Below are positions 25,230 to 39,390 of a stretch of DNA of 64,000 nucleotides, in pieces. The translations under genes and the position numbers were made by a program. The notes beneath the pieces were generated by a model. It was given only the letters and a program-made list of their open reading frames with translations, did no database searches and was not told the DNA's origin. The DNA comes from Octopus bimaculoides (taxonomy: Eukaryota), in the NCBI RefSeq assembly GCF_001194135.2, contig NC_068986.1, forward strand, positions 74,782,107 through 74,846,106. Direction: 5' to 3'. The stretch's first letter is position 1. The number at the start of each line of letters is the position of its first letter.

Positions 25230-25637
25230 TTATTCCCAACCACATAATTCAGGGTTGAGTCCCTATGGGTGGCACCTTGGGTAAGCATCCCCTACTAAAG
25301 CCTCAGGCTTACTAAAAACTTGTGACTGGATTTCGTAAACAGAAACGGAAAGAAACCCGTGTGTGTGTGTGTGAGAGAGAGAAAGAGAGAGTCTGTATGT
25401 CTGTCTGTTTGTCTGCTTGTCTGTCCTTGTGCCTAAGTTCCTCCTCCTCCACCGCCTGACAACTGGTGTTGGTGTGTTTGCATCCCCGTAACGTAGCGTC
25501 TCGGCCAAAAATCAGATAGAATAAGTACCAAACTTTAAAAAATAAGTACCGGGGTGGATTCATTCCACTAAAAAGTCTTCAAAGCGATGCCCCAGCTTGG
25601 CCGTAGTCAATAAATAAAATAACAAAAGATAAAAGAT
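25230..25637 (+). mobile_element. SINE family A, diverged copy
   Basis: gggttgagtccc...ggcaccttgggtaag...cctgacaactggtgttggtgtg...aaaagataaaagat. Confidence 0.8.
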
Positions 25638-25949
25638 GGAAAAAAACGTGTGTTTGATTGTGTGTGTTTGATTGTGTGTGTGTGTGAGAGAGAGAGAGGG
25701 GGGGGGAGAGGGAGAGAGAGTGTGTGTACGTGTGTGTGTGAGAGAGGGAGGGAGAGGGAGAGAGACATAACCAACAGGTTCTTTCGAAATATGTATGAAG
25801 TCGTTTGACATTGCTGAGATATACGATCGTCTATGTTTATATATCTTAGACGCATAGAAATTTAACAATATAAGCTTTATATAAAGATGATGGTTTAGTA
25901 ATCACCCAATTGCAACAGATGTACTTTAGATACCGTCAGAAAAATCTTA

Positions 25950-26640
25950 TTAGAAGCTTCTATTTCAACATAACGTAATCATTACTACTAACTTAAGCAG
26001 CTTGGATTCCTCAAGTGTTGTGTAATTCCAGAGGAAAATTATACAAACATTGTAGCAAATCTAATGAAAGATCACATATATTTATCGTAGTTTTTGAAAG
26101 CCTTATTAACATCCTTAACAGATGGATAACAACTTTTCATCAAACATGTTTTTTAATAGCGCAGTCCCTACTGCGATAATGCACTTGAATCCAGTGACTT
26201 TTATGATAAGATTGCTTAAACACCTAACTGCCTACCATTCTAAAGTAGAAAGAAGCACTGTAACGTTATCTAGCTTATCCTTTGCGAAAATATTCCTAGC
26301 TTAAGAATTTTCTCATTAATCATAGCCATAGCAAATTAGTTAGCAGACACAAACTTAAACTGAGTTATGATTGTACAACTACTAGCAAAATTCTAATTCT
26401 AATTACATCTGAAACTATTAAGGACAAATGTGCGTGACGAAATACTAACTGATGCTTACTGAATCAGTCTTGTAAAAATGCAGTGGTCATATACGTATGA
26501 GACAAAAACGACCTGTAGAAACCAAATCTGGGGTTTGCTTGGAAGCATTTCATAGGTGCGCTGACCCATAGCAAAGAGAATATTACAAATTTTCTAAAAG
26601 CACCTGGCAGTTAGAAGAACATGTTACGAATTTCGACAAC
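25950..26640 (+). mobile_element. Penelope-like element remnant (RT thumb to GIY-YIG)
   Basis: Frameshifted NRWITT..SSN..VFNSAVP...DNALESSDF, then LKLSYDCT (cf. VKLSYSC of PLEs) and traces of the GIY-YIG region. Confidence 0.6.
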
Positions 26641-26654
26641 AAGGCGTAAGAATA

Positions 26655-27066
26655 TCTGTGGTAAGTAGCTTGCTTACCAACCACATGGTCCCGGGTTCAG
26701 TCTCACTGCGTGGCATCTTGGGCAAATGTCTTCTACTATAGCCTCGGCCCGACCAAAACCTTGTGAGTGGATTTGGTAGACGGAAACTAAAAGAAGCCCG
26801 TCGTATATATGTATGTGTGCATGTGTTTGTGTGTCTGTGTTTGTGTGTATGTGTTTGTGTGTCTGAACTTGTCTATCTATCTATCTATCTATCTATCTAG
26901 CTTTCTACCTGTCTGTTTCTCTCTCTCTCCCTCTCTCCCTCTCTCCCCCTCTCTCTATATATATGTGTGTGCGTGTATGCCTGTGTATGTGTGCACGTGT
27001 GTGTGTGTGTGTGCGTGTGTGTGCCTGTGCGTGTGTGTGTATGTGTTTGTGTGTGTNNNNNNNNNN

Positions 27067-27122
<56 letters not shown>

Positions 27123-27320
27123 TACGTGTATCTTGTTTCAGTCATTGGACTGTGGTCATGCAGGGGCACTGCCTTGAAGGATTTGGTTGAACAAATCAAA
27201 TACAGCACTTTCAAAGCCTAGTACATATTCTATCGGTTTCTCTGGCTAAAGACGGGGACATAGACACACCAACACCGTTTGTCAAGTGGTGGTGGGGCAC
27301 AAATAGAAACGCAGATACAT
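26655..27320. mobile_element. SINE family A head (+, 26655-26810) and tail (-, 27125-27320) around microsatellites
   Basis: gtggtaagtagcttgcttaccaaccacatggtcccgggttcag... and tcttgtttcagtcattggactgtggtcatgc... Confidence 0.8.
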
Positions 27321-27599
27321 AGACGCTGCTCTATGAGATAAACACGAGAAAGGTGAGAGGCAGTTGAACGCAAAATGTGGAATGAAAAAAGGCGGAACGA
27401 AGAAACGAAATGTAAATAAAAGGAAAAAGAAACGAAAAAAAACCAGACGTTGCATTCTCTCTGTTCGTCGAAGTTAGAAATAAAATGGATGATGTTCAAA
27501 TCAGAATTAATATAGTAGGTATAGAATATATACCCAGATGCATATATAATTTCTTTTAATGGTAGAGTGCTGTCAATACGATGCAAATGATTTTGAGCA

Positions 27600-28730
27600 T
27601 GTTTCGCAATTATTCAATCGTAGTTTGAATAATAGTGACAACTCCGCCATTTTTAGGTGAAAGTGCAATATGAGATTTCATGAAATCATAAATTATATGA
27701 AGTAAAAGAACTGGATAAGTAAACGAAGAGAATCATCGAAGACAATCTAATTGGATTAGTCAAAAACGTCAGATTAAATTATAAAGCTAGCAATTTCTGG
27801 CATAAACTAAGACAATGGAATTTCTAAAAATCCATCAAAACCTTACCAAATATCTTCATTAAATACGATAAGACTAAAAACGAATATGAAACAAATATAG
27901 GAATATTCAATAAATTATGTATTGTCAACATTACTAAAACTTATAAGAAGACTGGTCCTTTGAATTATAATAGCATTAATGATTAAGCAAAACACCTGAT
28001 CAAAGAAATAAACATGTGGGTAAAGTAGAGTTACTTAACCCACAGAGATTATCGGTGACTTCAAAAGATAAATTTATTTTCATCTATAATCCTAGTTGCA
28101 GTCTAAAAAATCCTACTAAAAGTAGGACAGGCATTATTGGCAAATCGATACTAGATATAACTATTACTGTTATTTCTATTTCACTGATCTGATATTTAAC
28201 ATTGCTACCACTGGGTGGTTGAATCTTGTCAATAACAGGTCCCTCAATGAGATATTGTTAGGTTTTAGGTTTCAATTTCAAAACGCCTTCAACTCCAGAA
28301 CCCCAAGCGCGTAATCGCATCCACGTATTCATAAATTCAATTTCTCAAAAAATTATAACTCAAATAATACCGCACGAGGGATATGCAATTTCAGATCACC
28401 GAGACCTGTCCTAGAAACAAGAAATGTCTTGACAAGGAACTAGTACATAAAACTGACATCGGATGTATCTAGTACAATAAAGACCTGTACTGAACTTGTA
28501 GTGAAATATATAAGGACAAATTTACGCAACATGCGGCTTCATAAAGATGCAGAAGCAAGCATAATACGACGTCTTTATCGAAATATATATATGGATTTCA
28601 AAGGACTATGGGCCGATGATCAGCACATAAACTAGAGCATTGTTGCTATAACCTATACTGGATGAGGCGACAGGTCTGGCCTCTGCGTAAATGTGAAGTT
28701 TAATATACTGACGTTGTAGGTAAATGTACA
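27600..28730 (+). mobile_element. Internally deleted Penelope-like element (RT N-terminus joined to GIY-YIG)
   Basis: VNITKTYKKTG...GKVELLNPQRLSVTSKD..NPSCSLKNPTKSRTGIIGKSILD, then CNFRSPETCP.NKKCLDKELV...HNTTSLSKYI; the RT catalytic core is absent. Confidence 0.7.
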
Positions 28731-28767
28731 TAAAATAAGTGAAGGATATTCTTTCTTTGTTTACATA

Positions 28768-28973
28768 GGAGTGGCTGTGTGGTAATTAGCTTGCTTACCA
28801 ACCGCATGGTTCCGGGTTCAGTCCCACTGCGTGGCACCTTGGGCAAGTGTCTTCTACTATTGCCACGAGCCGACCAAAGCCTTGTGAGTGGATTTGATAG
28901 ACGGAAACTGAANNNNNNNNNNNNNNNNNNNNNNNNNNNNNNNNNNNNNNNNNNNNNNNNNNNNNNNNNNNNN

Positions 28974-29046
<73 letters not shown>

Positions 29047-29279
29047 ATGTATGTATGTGTGTGTATATGTTTGTGTGTCTGTGTTTGTCCACCCAACATC
29101 GTTTGACAACCGATGCTGGTGTGTTTACGTCCCCGTAACTTACCGGTTCGGCAAAGGAGACCGATAGAATAAGTACTAGGCTTACAAAGAATAAGTCCTG
29201 GAGTCGATTAGCTCGACTAAAGGCGGTGCTCCAGCATGTCCACAGTCAAATGACTGAAACAAGTAAAAGAGTAAGAGTA
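28768..29279 (+). mobile_element. tRNA-headed SINE family A, complete copy with internal microsatellites
   Basis: A-box-like TGGCTGTGTGG, B-box-like GGTTCAGTCCC, CORE-like CCTTGGGCAAGTGTCTT, internal (TA)/(TG)/(TATG), tail ...GAAACAAGTAAAAGAGTAAGAG. Confidence 0.9.
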
Positions 29280-31673
29280 TACAAAGCAAATTAAATTACA
29301 AAACTTTAACACATCTCAGTCGCAATCGAACCATGAATCCCAGTTGACCCGATTTCCTCCTATAAACTGCATAGCAGTACGACAATGAAGTACACTTTTA
29401 TACCATATCCACCACCATAATCTAAAATGCTTCATCACAACGCATTTATTCTAACGAATATAAAGTCCTGTAGAAGACAACAATAGTATTACAATGACTC
29501 TCTCAAATTGAATATATAAAACTCACTATAATTACTTACAAGTGGACCACCGAAGTAAGTCATATTTTTATTGCATCGATTTTATACATAACTTTGATCT
29601 ATAAAAATGACTTCACAGTATGTACAGGGTATCATGTGCAGGGTATCATCTGACACAATCCCACAGTCGTCCGAAATGCTACTCTTTAGCAATACTGCGC
29701 TGGATTGAAAGAAAACATTATATTTCATGTTAAATCTCTGAACGAAGTATTATATACTTCACATTATATTTCATATTTTGTATCTGGCGTTTTGTCTCGT
29801 TCTTTGTACTTTATATAAATACAAATTGAATGTATAGTAATATCTGCCACATAATATATATTTTAAACTTGTTATATTCATATCAAGAATGAGCAACAAG
29901 TGAACCTGGCCACGACCCCAGAACAAATTCCTTCCAGTTTCTACATGCTTTACGACCTCTCCCTTATGCAAGATAATATACTTTATACCCTAACCCAAAC
30001 TACCAATCCACCATATTAGAATTACGCTGCGACCACTTAACCATCGCATGATATGATCAATATTCAGTCACACCATATAAATAACAGACAATTAGGAAAC
30101 AAGAGAGCCTTCACACAGCACTAGCCACAACTTCCACAAAAATTAAGATACAAATGTATGAATATGCGTGTACACATATCTAGGCACACACATACGAGCA
30201 TTATCCCCTCATACATGTATATACATGTATGAGTATATACATAATTTCATAATGGTCTCGCAGTGCTGCAACAGAAGGTGAAGTGAACGACCGACGTAAT
30301 GGGAATTATCTCAACAAGAACATAGTTTTATATACCTTGTACTCACATATATCTATTTATTTATTTATCAAAAATACTTGTATGCAACATACTAGCAAGC
30401 GATTATTCATAAACGGAAACATGTATTTCATCTCTAATGCTGCAATATAGTATTTTACCAAGTACACATTGCGATCAACCTAGACAATGGTCTATGAATA
30501 TGGATCTCAGCACAGCCATTCGGGGAATATTGTAATTGTTTAACCATCTCTTGGTATTATTATGTATTAATTATGTAATTGGCTATCCATTATCGAGCCG
30601 GGAACCCTTCTTGTCAACTCAAAATTCTTCCACGAACATCTTTTTGTATATTACAAGGGAAGCCATCAATACCACAGACCCTGAATGATTTATTCATTCC
30701 ATTCACTTAACCACTTCCTTTGTTTTGTATCATTTGTAACCTCGGGAAACCTCGTATTGCGCTCTCTCCTAAAGTAGAGCAGAGTTGACAACATCCATTC
30801 AAACAACTGTTGAAGAACTGCAAAACATTCTCGCATGAAACTATTAGCATCGTCTAAACAGCTCTCTACTATTCACAGTTATTATCTCTCCAGTGTTGAG
30901 CACTCATTCATTTAGTTAGTTTCTGAAGTGTATAGATGGGGAGATAGATTCATAGATAAATCACAAAATATACTTAATAAATATTCTGTAAGCAAAATGA
31001 AGTTGAATTTGTGAAGGTGGCTAAGTTCATTCTGCAGTATAGAAAATGAAAGTGTGAGTGGAAAACAATGTATTGAAAACTAATTGAACACTACAACAGA
31101 AAGACAAATAAGACATATACATTTTTAGATGATATAATTAAGAAATATGTAAATAATGGGTTTAACACATGAAGTATGTCTGGAATGACTGATTACGAAC
31201 TTAAAGAGTTATACTTAATGATGATATGGGAGGAGAAATACGAACAATTGTCCATTTGATAGGAAGAACAGGAACAGCAGTGACATGAGAACTGTAATGA
31301 GTTATTCTGATTGCACATTTATTAACGAAGAAACACATACATATAGCATGAGACACACATGCTTATGTTTATACATATTTACGGCAGTTTACACCAGAAC
31401 CGGCATACACAAAAATAAACATTCAGGCAATCTCGAAGAGGTAGTTGAGAGTCTGTTGACAAGATAAGAACTAAAATCTGTAAGTGTTTGTCCGAAACTT
31501 CAGATCTTTTCATCTTACGCCACAGAAATTAGCCCCTTGGAACCTTAAGATCCTTTATATTTTAATCTGTTATTAATTTCCTTCCCGCCTTGTACTCTTT
31601 CTCCTTACTTGTGTTCTCTGTTCTCAATATAATCTCCTTCAATAGTCGCGGTTTCTGTTGCCGATGCTGTTTC

Positions 31674-31713
<40 letters not shown>

Positions 31714-31774
31714 ATTGTTTTACCCCAGATTAGTCTTAAAGGTTTTCCGTCGGTTTGTCTTGCTTTTGTTCGTA

Positions 31775-31990
31775 CGAGGAGTGCTTAAAAGATCTATGTA
31801 TTAAGGGTATCGTGAAAGATCTGGTTGAAGGTCCAACCTTCTGAGTTATTTTACAGGGCTCAGAAAAGCTGAAGAACCGCTGCAATAAGTGTGTGAATCT
31901 GAGAGATGAATATGTTGAATAAAATCATAAATGACTGATCTTTCTGCATTTTCTTTTACCCAAAGCCAGGAACTTTTCAGCAGCTCCTCG
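31775..31990. mobile_element. Mariner-derived MITE
   Basis: TA|CGAGGAGTGCTTAAAAGATCT ... AGGAACTTTTCAGCAGCTCCTCG|TG; retains the mariner C-terminus RCNKCVNLRDEYVE*. Confidence 0.8.
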
Positions 31991-31991
31991 T

Positions 31992-32058
<67 letters not shown>

Positions 32059-35000
32059 ACCAAACTTGACCCATAATCTCAATAAACTAGTAATAGTGTC
32101 CGTCTGATCCGAGTCACTCGACGGCCCTTCCTCAGAAAATGTTTGTTAGGAGTTACAAACGAAGCTTATAGCTTTGTTACTGAAAGATAAATAAAATATT
32201 ATTACATTACACGGAACCTTCCAACATCACTCGATCATTGATAACATTCACTACATCTACAACTCTTCAATGCTTTTATATTAAATTGCGATTGCTTGAG
32301 GCCGAATAGAAAATTGTCCAGTTCACATAATCATCCGTCTCTGAATTGATTTCATTTGATTTCACTCAGAGCCAGAGGTTCATTCCAATGTACTTTTCAG
32401 TTCAACACATAATGTATATATTTCATTGAATAATTTCAGTGAGTTCCCGGAGATGTTGTAGTAATCACCTTTATATAGGTTTTTAGATTATTTCATAGCT
32501 GGAAGTCAAAATATAATTTCCAAGATTAGCTTTCACAATTTGTTTATTATTTGTTAGATCAGTTTACCATATTAGTTCCATGAAATATTTATGCTATTAC
32601 TACACATGAGTAGCAATAAACATTTCTAAAAGTAGGACAATGCTAACTGTTCTCATCAATTTCAGTATGTCACTGGTGCTTATTTTGGCAACTTTAGAAC
32701 ATAAGGAAATACAAGAACTCTACTATCCTACTGACATCAAATAACATTCCTTCACAACAATAGGATGTCTACTAAGGCACAATCCCGTATCCGTATCACT
32801 CTTTTTGTCTCCAGACAATTGTTGAATCCTATTCTATAAGAAATCTATAGAGATAAACTTAAAAGTGTATACACCGCACTGCTTATTCGAGGTAAGACAC
32901 AATATTGACTTATAAAACCTTTATATACTTGGTAGAATATTATGGTAACTAAACGAAATATCTTGTCCTTGCCAGCAATTAATATATGCGTACCAGTTAC
33001 TATGGATGTGTTTAATAGGTAAATTGGTCTATCCAGTAGTGTTACACCACTAAAATTAGTGGATATTTAAGCAATGTGATCGTGGATAATTGATGGGTTG
33101 ATTGTGGTGCTGATGAAAGAGCAATAACTCTAGAAATATGTATATTCGTCCATTGTCTATTTTTTCTATCCTTGATCCTTCTGTTTATTTAGACGTATTC
33201 GCTTCCTAAACATCTTAACTTGCAGTGGTAGCTCTGAATTCTATATCGACTTGTAAACTTATAGTATACTTGTTAATATATTATAGTTGAAAAACGAATA
33301 CTGTATCCTTACCAGCAATTAAATGTGAAAGTATTGACTTTCTTTAGATTCTCACGCGACCACGAGGAAACATATGCATCTGGTGGATGAAACGAAGGTT
33401 TGAAGTATTCACACATGATGGAAATGTAGTCTATCTTTGAAAATTTAAAATTGTACAGCAATTTTCTCATATTTTTCAAACAATAACTGAGTATGGTATT
33501 TAGGTATAGAGGTATACGAGATCATGTTTGTGGGGAAGTATAACTAGGATGCACCAGTGTCCTGTCGGCTTAGAAATAATGAGGGTATATGGCGTGGTGG
33601 TTTTAGTGAGGTCTACCTTCTCCTCACTAAAAAAAAATGAAGATTTATCTTCAACCAGAGATAAAGGATTGGAATTTATGCTCATGAAGCTCTGGAAATC
33701 CATAACTCTTCAGATTTTGATACCAAGAAATTCCTAATTCACCACTCACGGCATTATTAAAGCTTGAGCAATAAATCTCTCTTCTTCAAAGTACACAGGA
33801 TTTATCTTCCTCAGAACCAGCATAAACCATTAGGTATAAGTTCAGTTAGACATACATGAGTGGATACTAGGAAGTAAAGAATATCACCCTTCAAATTTAT
33901 CGATATTAACAACATCTGCCCATGAAAAGATGTTGGTATTATTCTCTTTAATCTTTTCTTTACTTTTTCCATACGAATGCATTAACACATAATATTTAAA
34001 TTCAAATTCTAGCTTCGTCTGCAATATTCTTAAACCTCATTTCTTGTCCTGAACTTTTCCACGTTTAATTAGGAATATAATCACCCGTGCATCTACGTTT
34101 TATCTGCTTGTACATTCCTTTTACAAGCTGTAAAAAAAAAATCATTAATGTGACAAGACATTAAAAGTATAAATGGTAAAACAAAATTTAATTTTCTTTT
34201 TACAAAATGTTCAAAGTATTGTAAAAAAGAAAAAGTAAATTTATTAATTGATGTAAAGTAAATTATATAAAAATGTCAACGATGAATTCCAGACGAAGGC
34301 GAAAACGCCAAGATAGCAGCAGTAGCTGAATTAAATAAGGCCGCTCAAAGAGAGGTGAAAGAGGTGCAGCAATTATGAGGCGAGCGCTTTGAGGCAAAAG
34401 AAGCCTGAACACGTTCACACTTTTTAGAAACTATGAAGACTCACTCTAACTTCCATAGATTAGGCATTAGATTCACTTGACGCCAGTCATATAAAGAAAG
34501 CAACAGACGGACAGATAATTGATGCTTTTCATATTTTCTTGAATCTTGTGATGATATTTGATAGTTTTTGCCCTGTACTCTGCTGCTTTTGTCGCATCCA
34601 GACATGATGATCGAGAGGTGACTGATAGAAAAACGAGCGGAAGAATAACCCACTGCTCCATCTTCCGCAGGACATTTTCGTGTAATTCATTTTCATTCAT
34701 TTGAACAATTTTGCCATGTTTATTTATCTCTATATGTTCGATATCATCAGACTCCGGATTTAATTCCACAACCTATTATAAGAAGCATGAAAATTAAAGT
34801 ATGCCAACGATATTCGTTATTAAAAATATTGGTGCCTATTTTCATGAGATTAAAAACGCCATTTTGAATAACTAGTTCATTTATTGTCAATTTCTTTTTA
34901 CATTATATTATAAATTTTTTACATTATATTGTAAAATATAATTATAGTCATAAATAATATTAGATCTGAAGCTGATGTCCAAGATTAGTTTACATGCATC

Positions 35001-35809
35001 CAAGGAACACAAAAAAAACATGTAAAAGATAATGACAAGGAAAGAGATTTTTTAAAATCTTCGAAAAAAAAACAAACTAGGGAATGTATAGAATAACCAG
35101 AAGAATCTACAAAAACTAGCTTATCTAGTCAAAAATATTAGTAAAATTCTAAGCTATGACAATTTCTTAGAGGAAAATAATTAAACCAGGTTGTTGTTTT
35201 TTTTTTGTTTTTTTTTTCAAGAGAATCTGGTAAAAGAAATGAAATAAGTAACAAATTAAAGGAAAATCACTGAGATACCGAACCTATGGTTTTATTCATG
35301 TATACATTCTCAGACAATAGGGAAAAACTGTCCGCTAATGTTAGCAATATGTTGGACTTGCAGATATTTAATAAAAGACGCAGTCAGGTACAGAAAGAGA
35401 AGACTCTATAGTAAAAAAGTCTTTTTAGAAGCAACTTGCAACTACAGAGTTTCGGGTTCAGTCACACACTGCGCAGCACCCTCAGTTGACTGATATCTTG
35501 TGAAGTAATTTGTATGAAATACCGTATATTTATCACTTAAAAAACAAAAGCAAAAAAAAAAGAAAGAAATTTGAAGGAATTGGAAACAAAAACAAGTGGT
35601 GTGGTAAAAATTGGAAAAGCTATTGAGCTTGGGGCAGAATCTTAATCTCTACAATTAAAATAAAATTTTTGAAAAACAAAATAATGAAAGAAAATTGAAT
35701 GGGGAGCGTATCTGATAAATCTAGGAACTTATTCCACTTTTGAATTGTTTATACTCAGTAACTACTTGTAGAGGCCATCAATACTTTCTTTGGCTACTAC
35801 TGTTCACTT

Positions 35810-35858
<49 letters not shown>

Positions 35859-36820
35859 GTGTGTTTGTGCGTGTGTATATGTGCGTACCCCCCCCCGCGC
35901 GTGTGTGTGTGCAAGTACATAAAGGCGTAATTACAATTTGGTACCCCATCGATCACCCTCGTATCTGACCTTTTTTTGCCTCATAACTATACTTCAAAGT
36001 TTTGATGGGATGATTCCTCTCATCGAGATTTTTCACTAAAACTTAAACTGAGCAAATTATTTTTTTAAACTAACAGAAAACGGATGCTTAAAGACAGCAG
36101 GTGTTACACTTATTCCAATTTAGCCCCATTTTTGCTATAATTTTCTTATGCTTATTATATCAATTTTGCTGCAGATTTTAGAATTAGATTTCACTCATTG
36201 AAATTCTCCACTTAAATTTTCTTTTATATGCCTCTGATATATGATGTTAAATATATAAGTTAAATACAACACCAGACGGTTTTCCCCTTCCAATTCGGCA
36301 ATTTTCGTAATTCCCACATCTATGAATTTGATGCTTGCTATTAATAAAGTTTCCTAAACATACCCGAATCTTTAATTAAAAATATTCATTGGGAGAATCA
36401 TAAGTTCTATACAAGCATTTTGAGCATCCCCACTCACCAGTTTTAATTAGTGACACTTTAAAACACAAGATTTTGAAGTTCAGGTTTATATCTGGTCTTC
36501 TAGATAATCCCTGGTTACCTTTTTTTTTCAAGGGTTTTTCTAACGATGAAACCTCGGTCATATACACATCAACATTCTAAAATACTAAATTAATTTGTCT
36601 AATTAGAACTTAGGAAAACTATCCTTATTTCATCGAACCCAAAATGGTAAAAGCCAAAGTTCACCTCGCCGGGACTGGAACTCAAAACACCAGGAGCCGG
36701 ACAAAATGCTGCTAAGAATTTTGTCTGATGCTCTAACGGTTTTCTTCCAGCCTACTGCCTTGGTTTCAGTACTGTAAATACCGCAAGCTTACATTTCTAA
36801 ATTCTAACGTATCTGCTCAG

Positions 36821-37055
36821 ATTTTATAGAATTTTCTTGAAGAATGCAGCATTTAAGCGCACACGAAATTTGGCCTGGTTAAGAAAAGATTTGAAGAAAG
36901 CTACAGAATGATAAAATAAACCAGCAAACATTTTATGACACGGGCTTTCTTTGATTTTAGGAGTGTGTTCTCTGGATTCAGAATGTTGTTTTGGGATCCC
37001 ACTAACCCTCTATACGACTCTGCCATAGTGATATGCCAACTAAAACAATACGATG
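36821..37055 (+). CDS. Candidate host-gene exon pair (36821-36877, 36961-37055), product unidentified
   Basis: Branch-like TTCTAAC then ctcAG. Donor TG|GTTAAG, 83-nt intron ending ctttctttgattttAG, donor G|GTATTT. Spliced peptide FYRIFLKNAAFKRTRNLA-W-SVFSGFRMLFWDPTNPLYDSAIVICQLKQYD(G). Only one frame of the second exon is open and it is the phase-compatible one. Confidence 0.45.
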
Positions 37056-37505
37056 GTATTTTTATTTTCCCATTCTATTTTTATTTTTGGAACTGTTTGC
37101 TGTCGTATACGAACCACACAAGTTATGCCAATCTAATGAGCTCTTTCATCTATTATTTTCGACCTGGTATACTTCCAACACCCTAACTATTTCTAGGTGT
37201 TACCTACTTTTTAATTCTCCATTTATCTTAGATACGTATAGAGGTCAGTATGAATTCAACACTCTTTTTGTGTAGATCTATCACGCTTTGCAAGATGCTG
37301 AATATTTAGACTGGCTGCAATTGAAATTATTTTTTTTCTTTTGACCTAATTTTGTAATAAATAACTGGTTTATTCGCCTCCTTTAATTTTTATTGAAACC
37401 GTTTTTATTCATGAACTTCTTCACGTAAAAGTCTTACTTTAGCAAGTCACACACACACACACACACACACACTTATTAGGAGAGAGAGTGAGAGAGAGAA
37501 ACAAA

Positions 37506-37539
<34 letters not shown>

Positions 37540-38287
37540 AAAGAGGGGAAAGGGAGACAGAGAGAGAGAGAAAGGAATCAGACAGAGGTATGAATATCTG
37601 TACAAGGAATTGCGTTGAGGGAAGCTCTAAAGTCGATTTCTTATACGTTTTCGGAGATTTGATCCGAATCATAATCTCTAATACAGGAGCAGAGACAAAG
37701 TTAAAATAACTCCAGTGTTCAAGTTGTATTTATTTTATTGACTCCAGAAAGATGAATAATAGAATAAATACTGGTTTGATTTGAACGCAGAATGCATAGA
37801 TATGCACTAAGTACTACATTAAAATGTTTCAATTCTTACTGATTCTGCAAATCCCACCCACGCTCTCCATTTGCTCATAATACCGATTTTTGTTTTAACG
37901 TAGAGACATGTCCTCCGATTTCGAGATTGGGAATAGTTGATTATATCGAGCATTGCACACGACAGTATTTTATTTCATCGACACCGTTAAAATTTAAACA
38001 TATAATCTAAAGGGAAGTATCAAAAGTATTGCAAAATATTTGTCTGATGCCCAACCAATTTCCACAACCCATCATCGTCCTGTTCATCACAAAGTTGACC
38101 TTACTAAAACATAAAAGCAACTCTTTCTTATTATGTAATACACTATATGTCTAAAGGGTTCAGGATCCAATCACGAGGAAAAGGATTAATACAGCAGTCA
38201 GGATTACGACAGCGGGGTATTTCGATATTGATACGTGCTTCCATACATACATATGTCTGCGTATGAGTGTGTGTGTATATATATGTG

Positions 38288-38323
<36 letters not shown>

Positions 38324-38399
38324 CTCTTTTATTTTTATTCGGTTCAATCATGCGGTTGTGGTCATGCTGGAGACCACCGTGGTCTTTCAGATTTCTCAG

Positions 38400-38582
38400 T
38401 CTGGTGTGTTCACATCACCACTCCTGTACGTGTCTTTATCCCAGCTGTTGGCGCATTTGGTGTATAAGTGAGTTTCATTCCGCTGCTCTTCTCTGTACTT
38501 TATGTTGGACAGCTGGTTCATCAGGTATTGTGGAGAGGAGAATGTTTAGTTCCTTTTTGAGGGAAACTACTTCCACCTTATG
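38400..38582 (-). mobile_element. CR1-group LINE C-terminal remnant
   Basis: SLKKELNILLSTIPDEPAVQHKVQRRAAE*NSLIHQ, the L..IPDEP...RAA.SNSL..Q terminus of CR1-like ORF2. Confidence 0.6.
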
Positions 38583-39390
38583 AATTATATATATATATAA
38601 ATATACATACATACATTACTAAATACATATTTAAATGTGTGCGGGTGTGAGTATATATGTATGTGTGTATGTGTATATAAATATATACACAAGTATGTAT
38701 GTATGCGTGTATACGCACATATTCATACACAGACATGCGTGCACACATATATATATGCATATATACACATACATTCATACATATGTAAGTGTGTATATAT
38801 GTTTGTGAGTATATATATGTGTATGTATGCAAGCGTGTATGAATAATATGTCTATTTATCTTTGTGTATGGGCATGTAAATTGATGTGTCGACTTACGTT
38901 TTAGTCCCTAAGCTCAACTGAAAATAGAAATCAATAAATAATTAGTAGACCAAAATAATCATTGGAGTCGATATAATTTACTAAAACTTATGAAGGCTGT
39001 GCCAAAGTCCAGTGACTGCAAACAGTAAAAAGAATGAGAGAAAAAGAATTTCCAAACTCACGCTTTTGCCTCTAGAATTTATTGGAAACCTCTTATTGAG
39101 ATCATTTTGGTAAAGTCTTTTCGATAACCATAACCGTTTGATAACAATAAGCAGACGACCTAGATAACAATATCGTGATATTTGTTTCAAACAAGCAAAT
39201 AAATCTTATTTCATTTGAATCCTTTAGCATTTAAACCGGCCATATCCAGCCCAAACATGCAACTTGTTTTATGTTCTTGCCAGCCAGATCCAGCCTATCA
39301 CACTCTTTAATGCTATTATAAAATATACAATCACGTCGTTATAATTTCGAAGCGGCAAAATATTGCATGATTAATTAAAAACAATATGAA

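Noticed and set aside
33500-33703. PYTLIISKPTGHWCILVILP resembling a Ulp1/C48 protease HW motif
   Set aside because: No downstream D/S or catalytic Cys context, weak donor, single short frame; chance similarity is likely.
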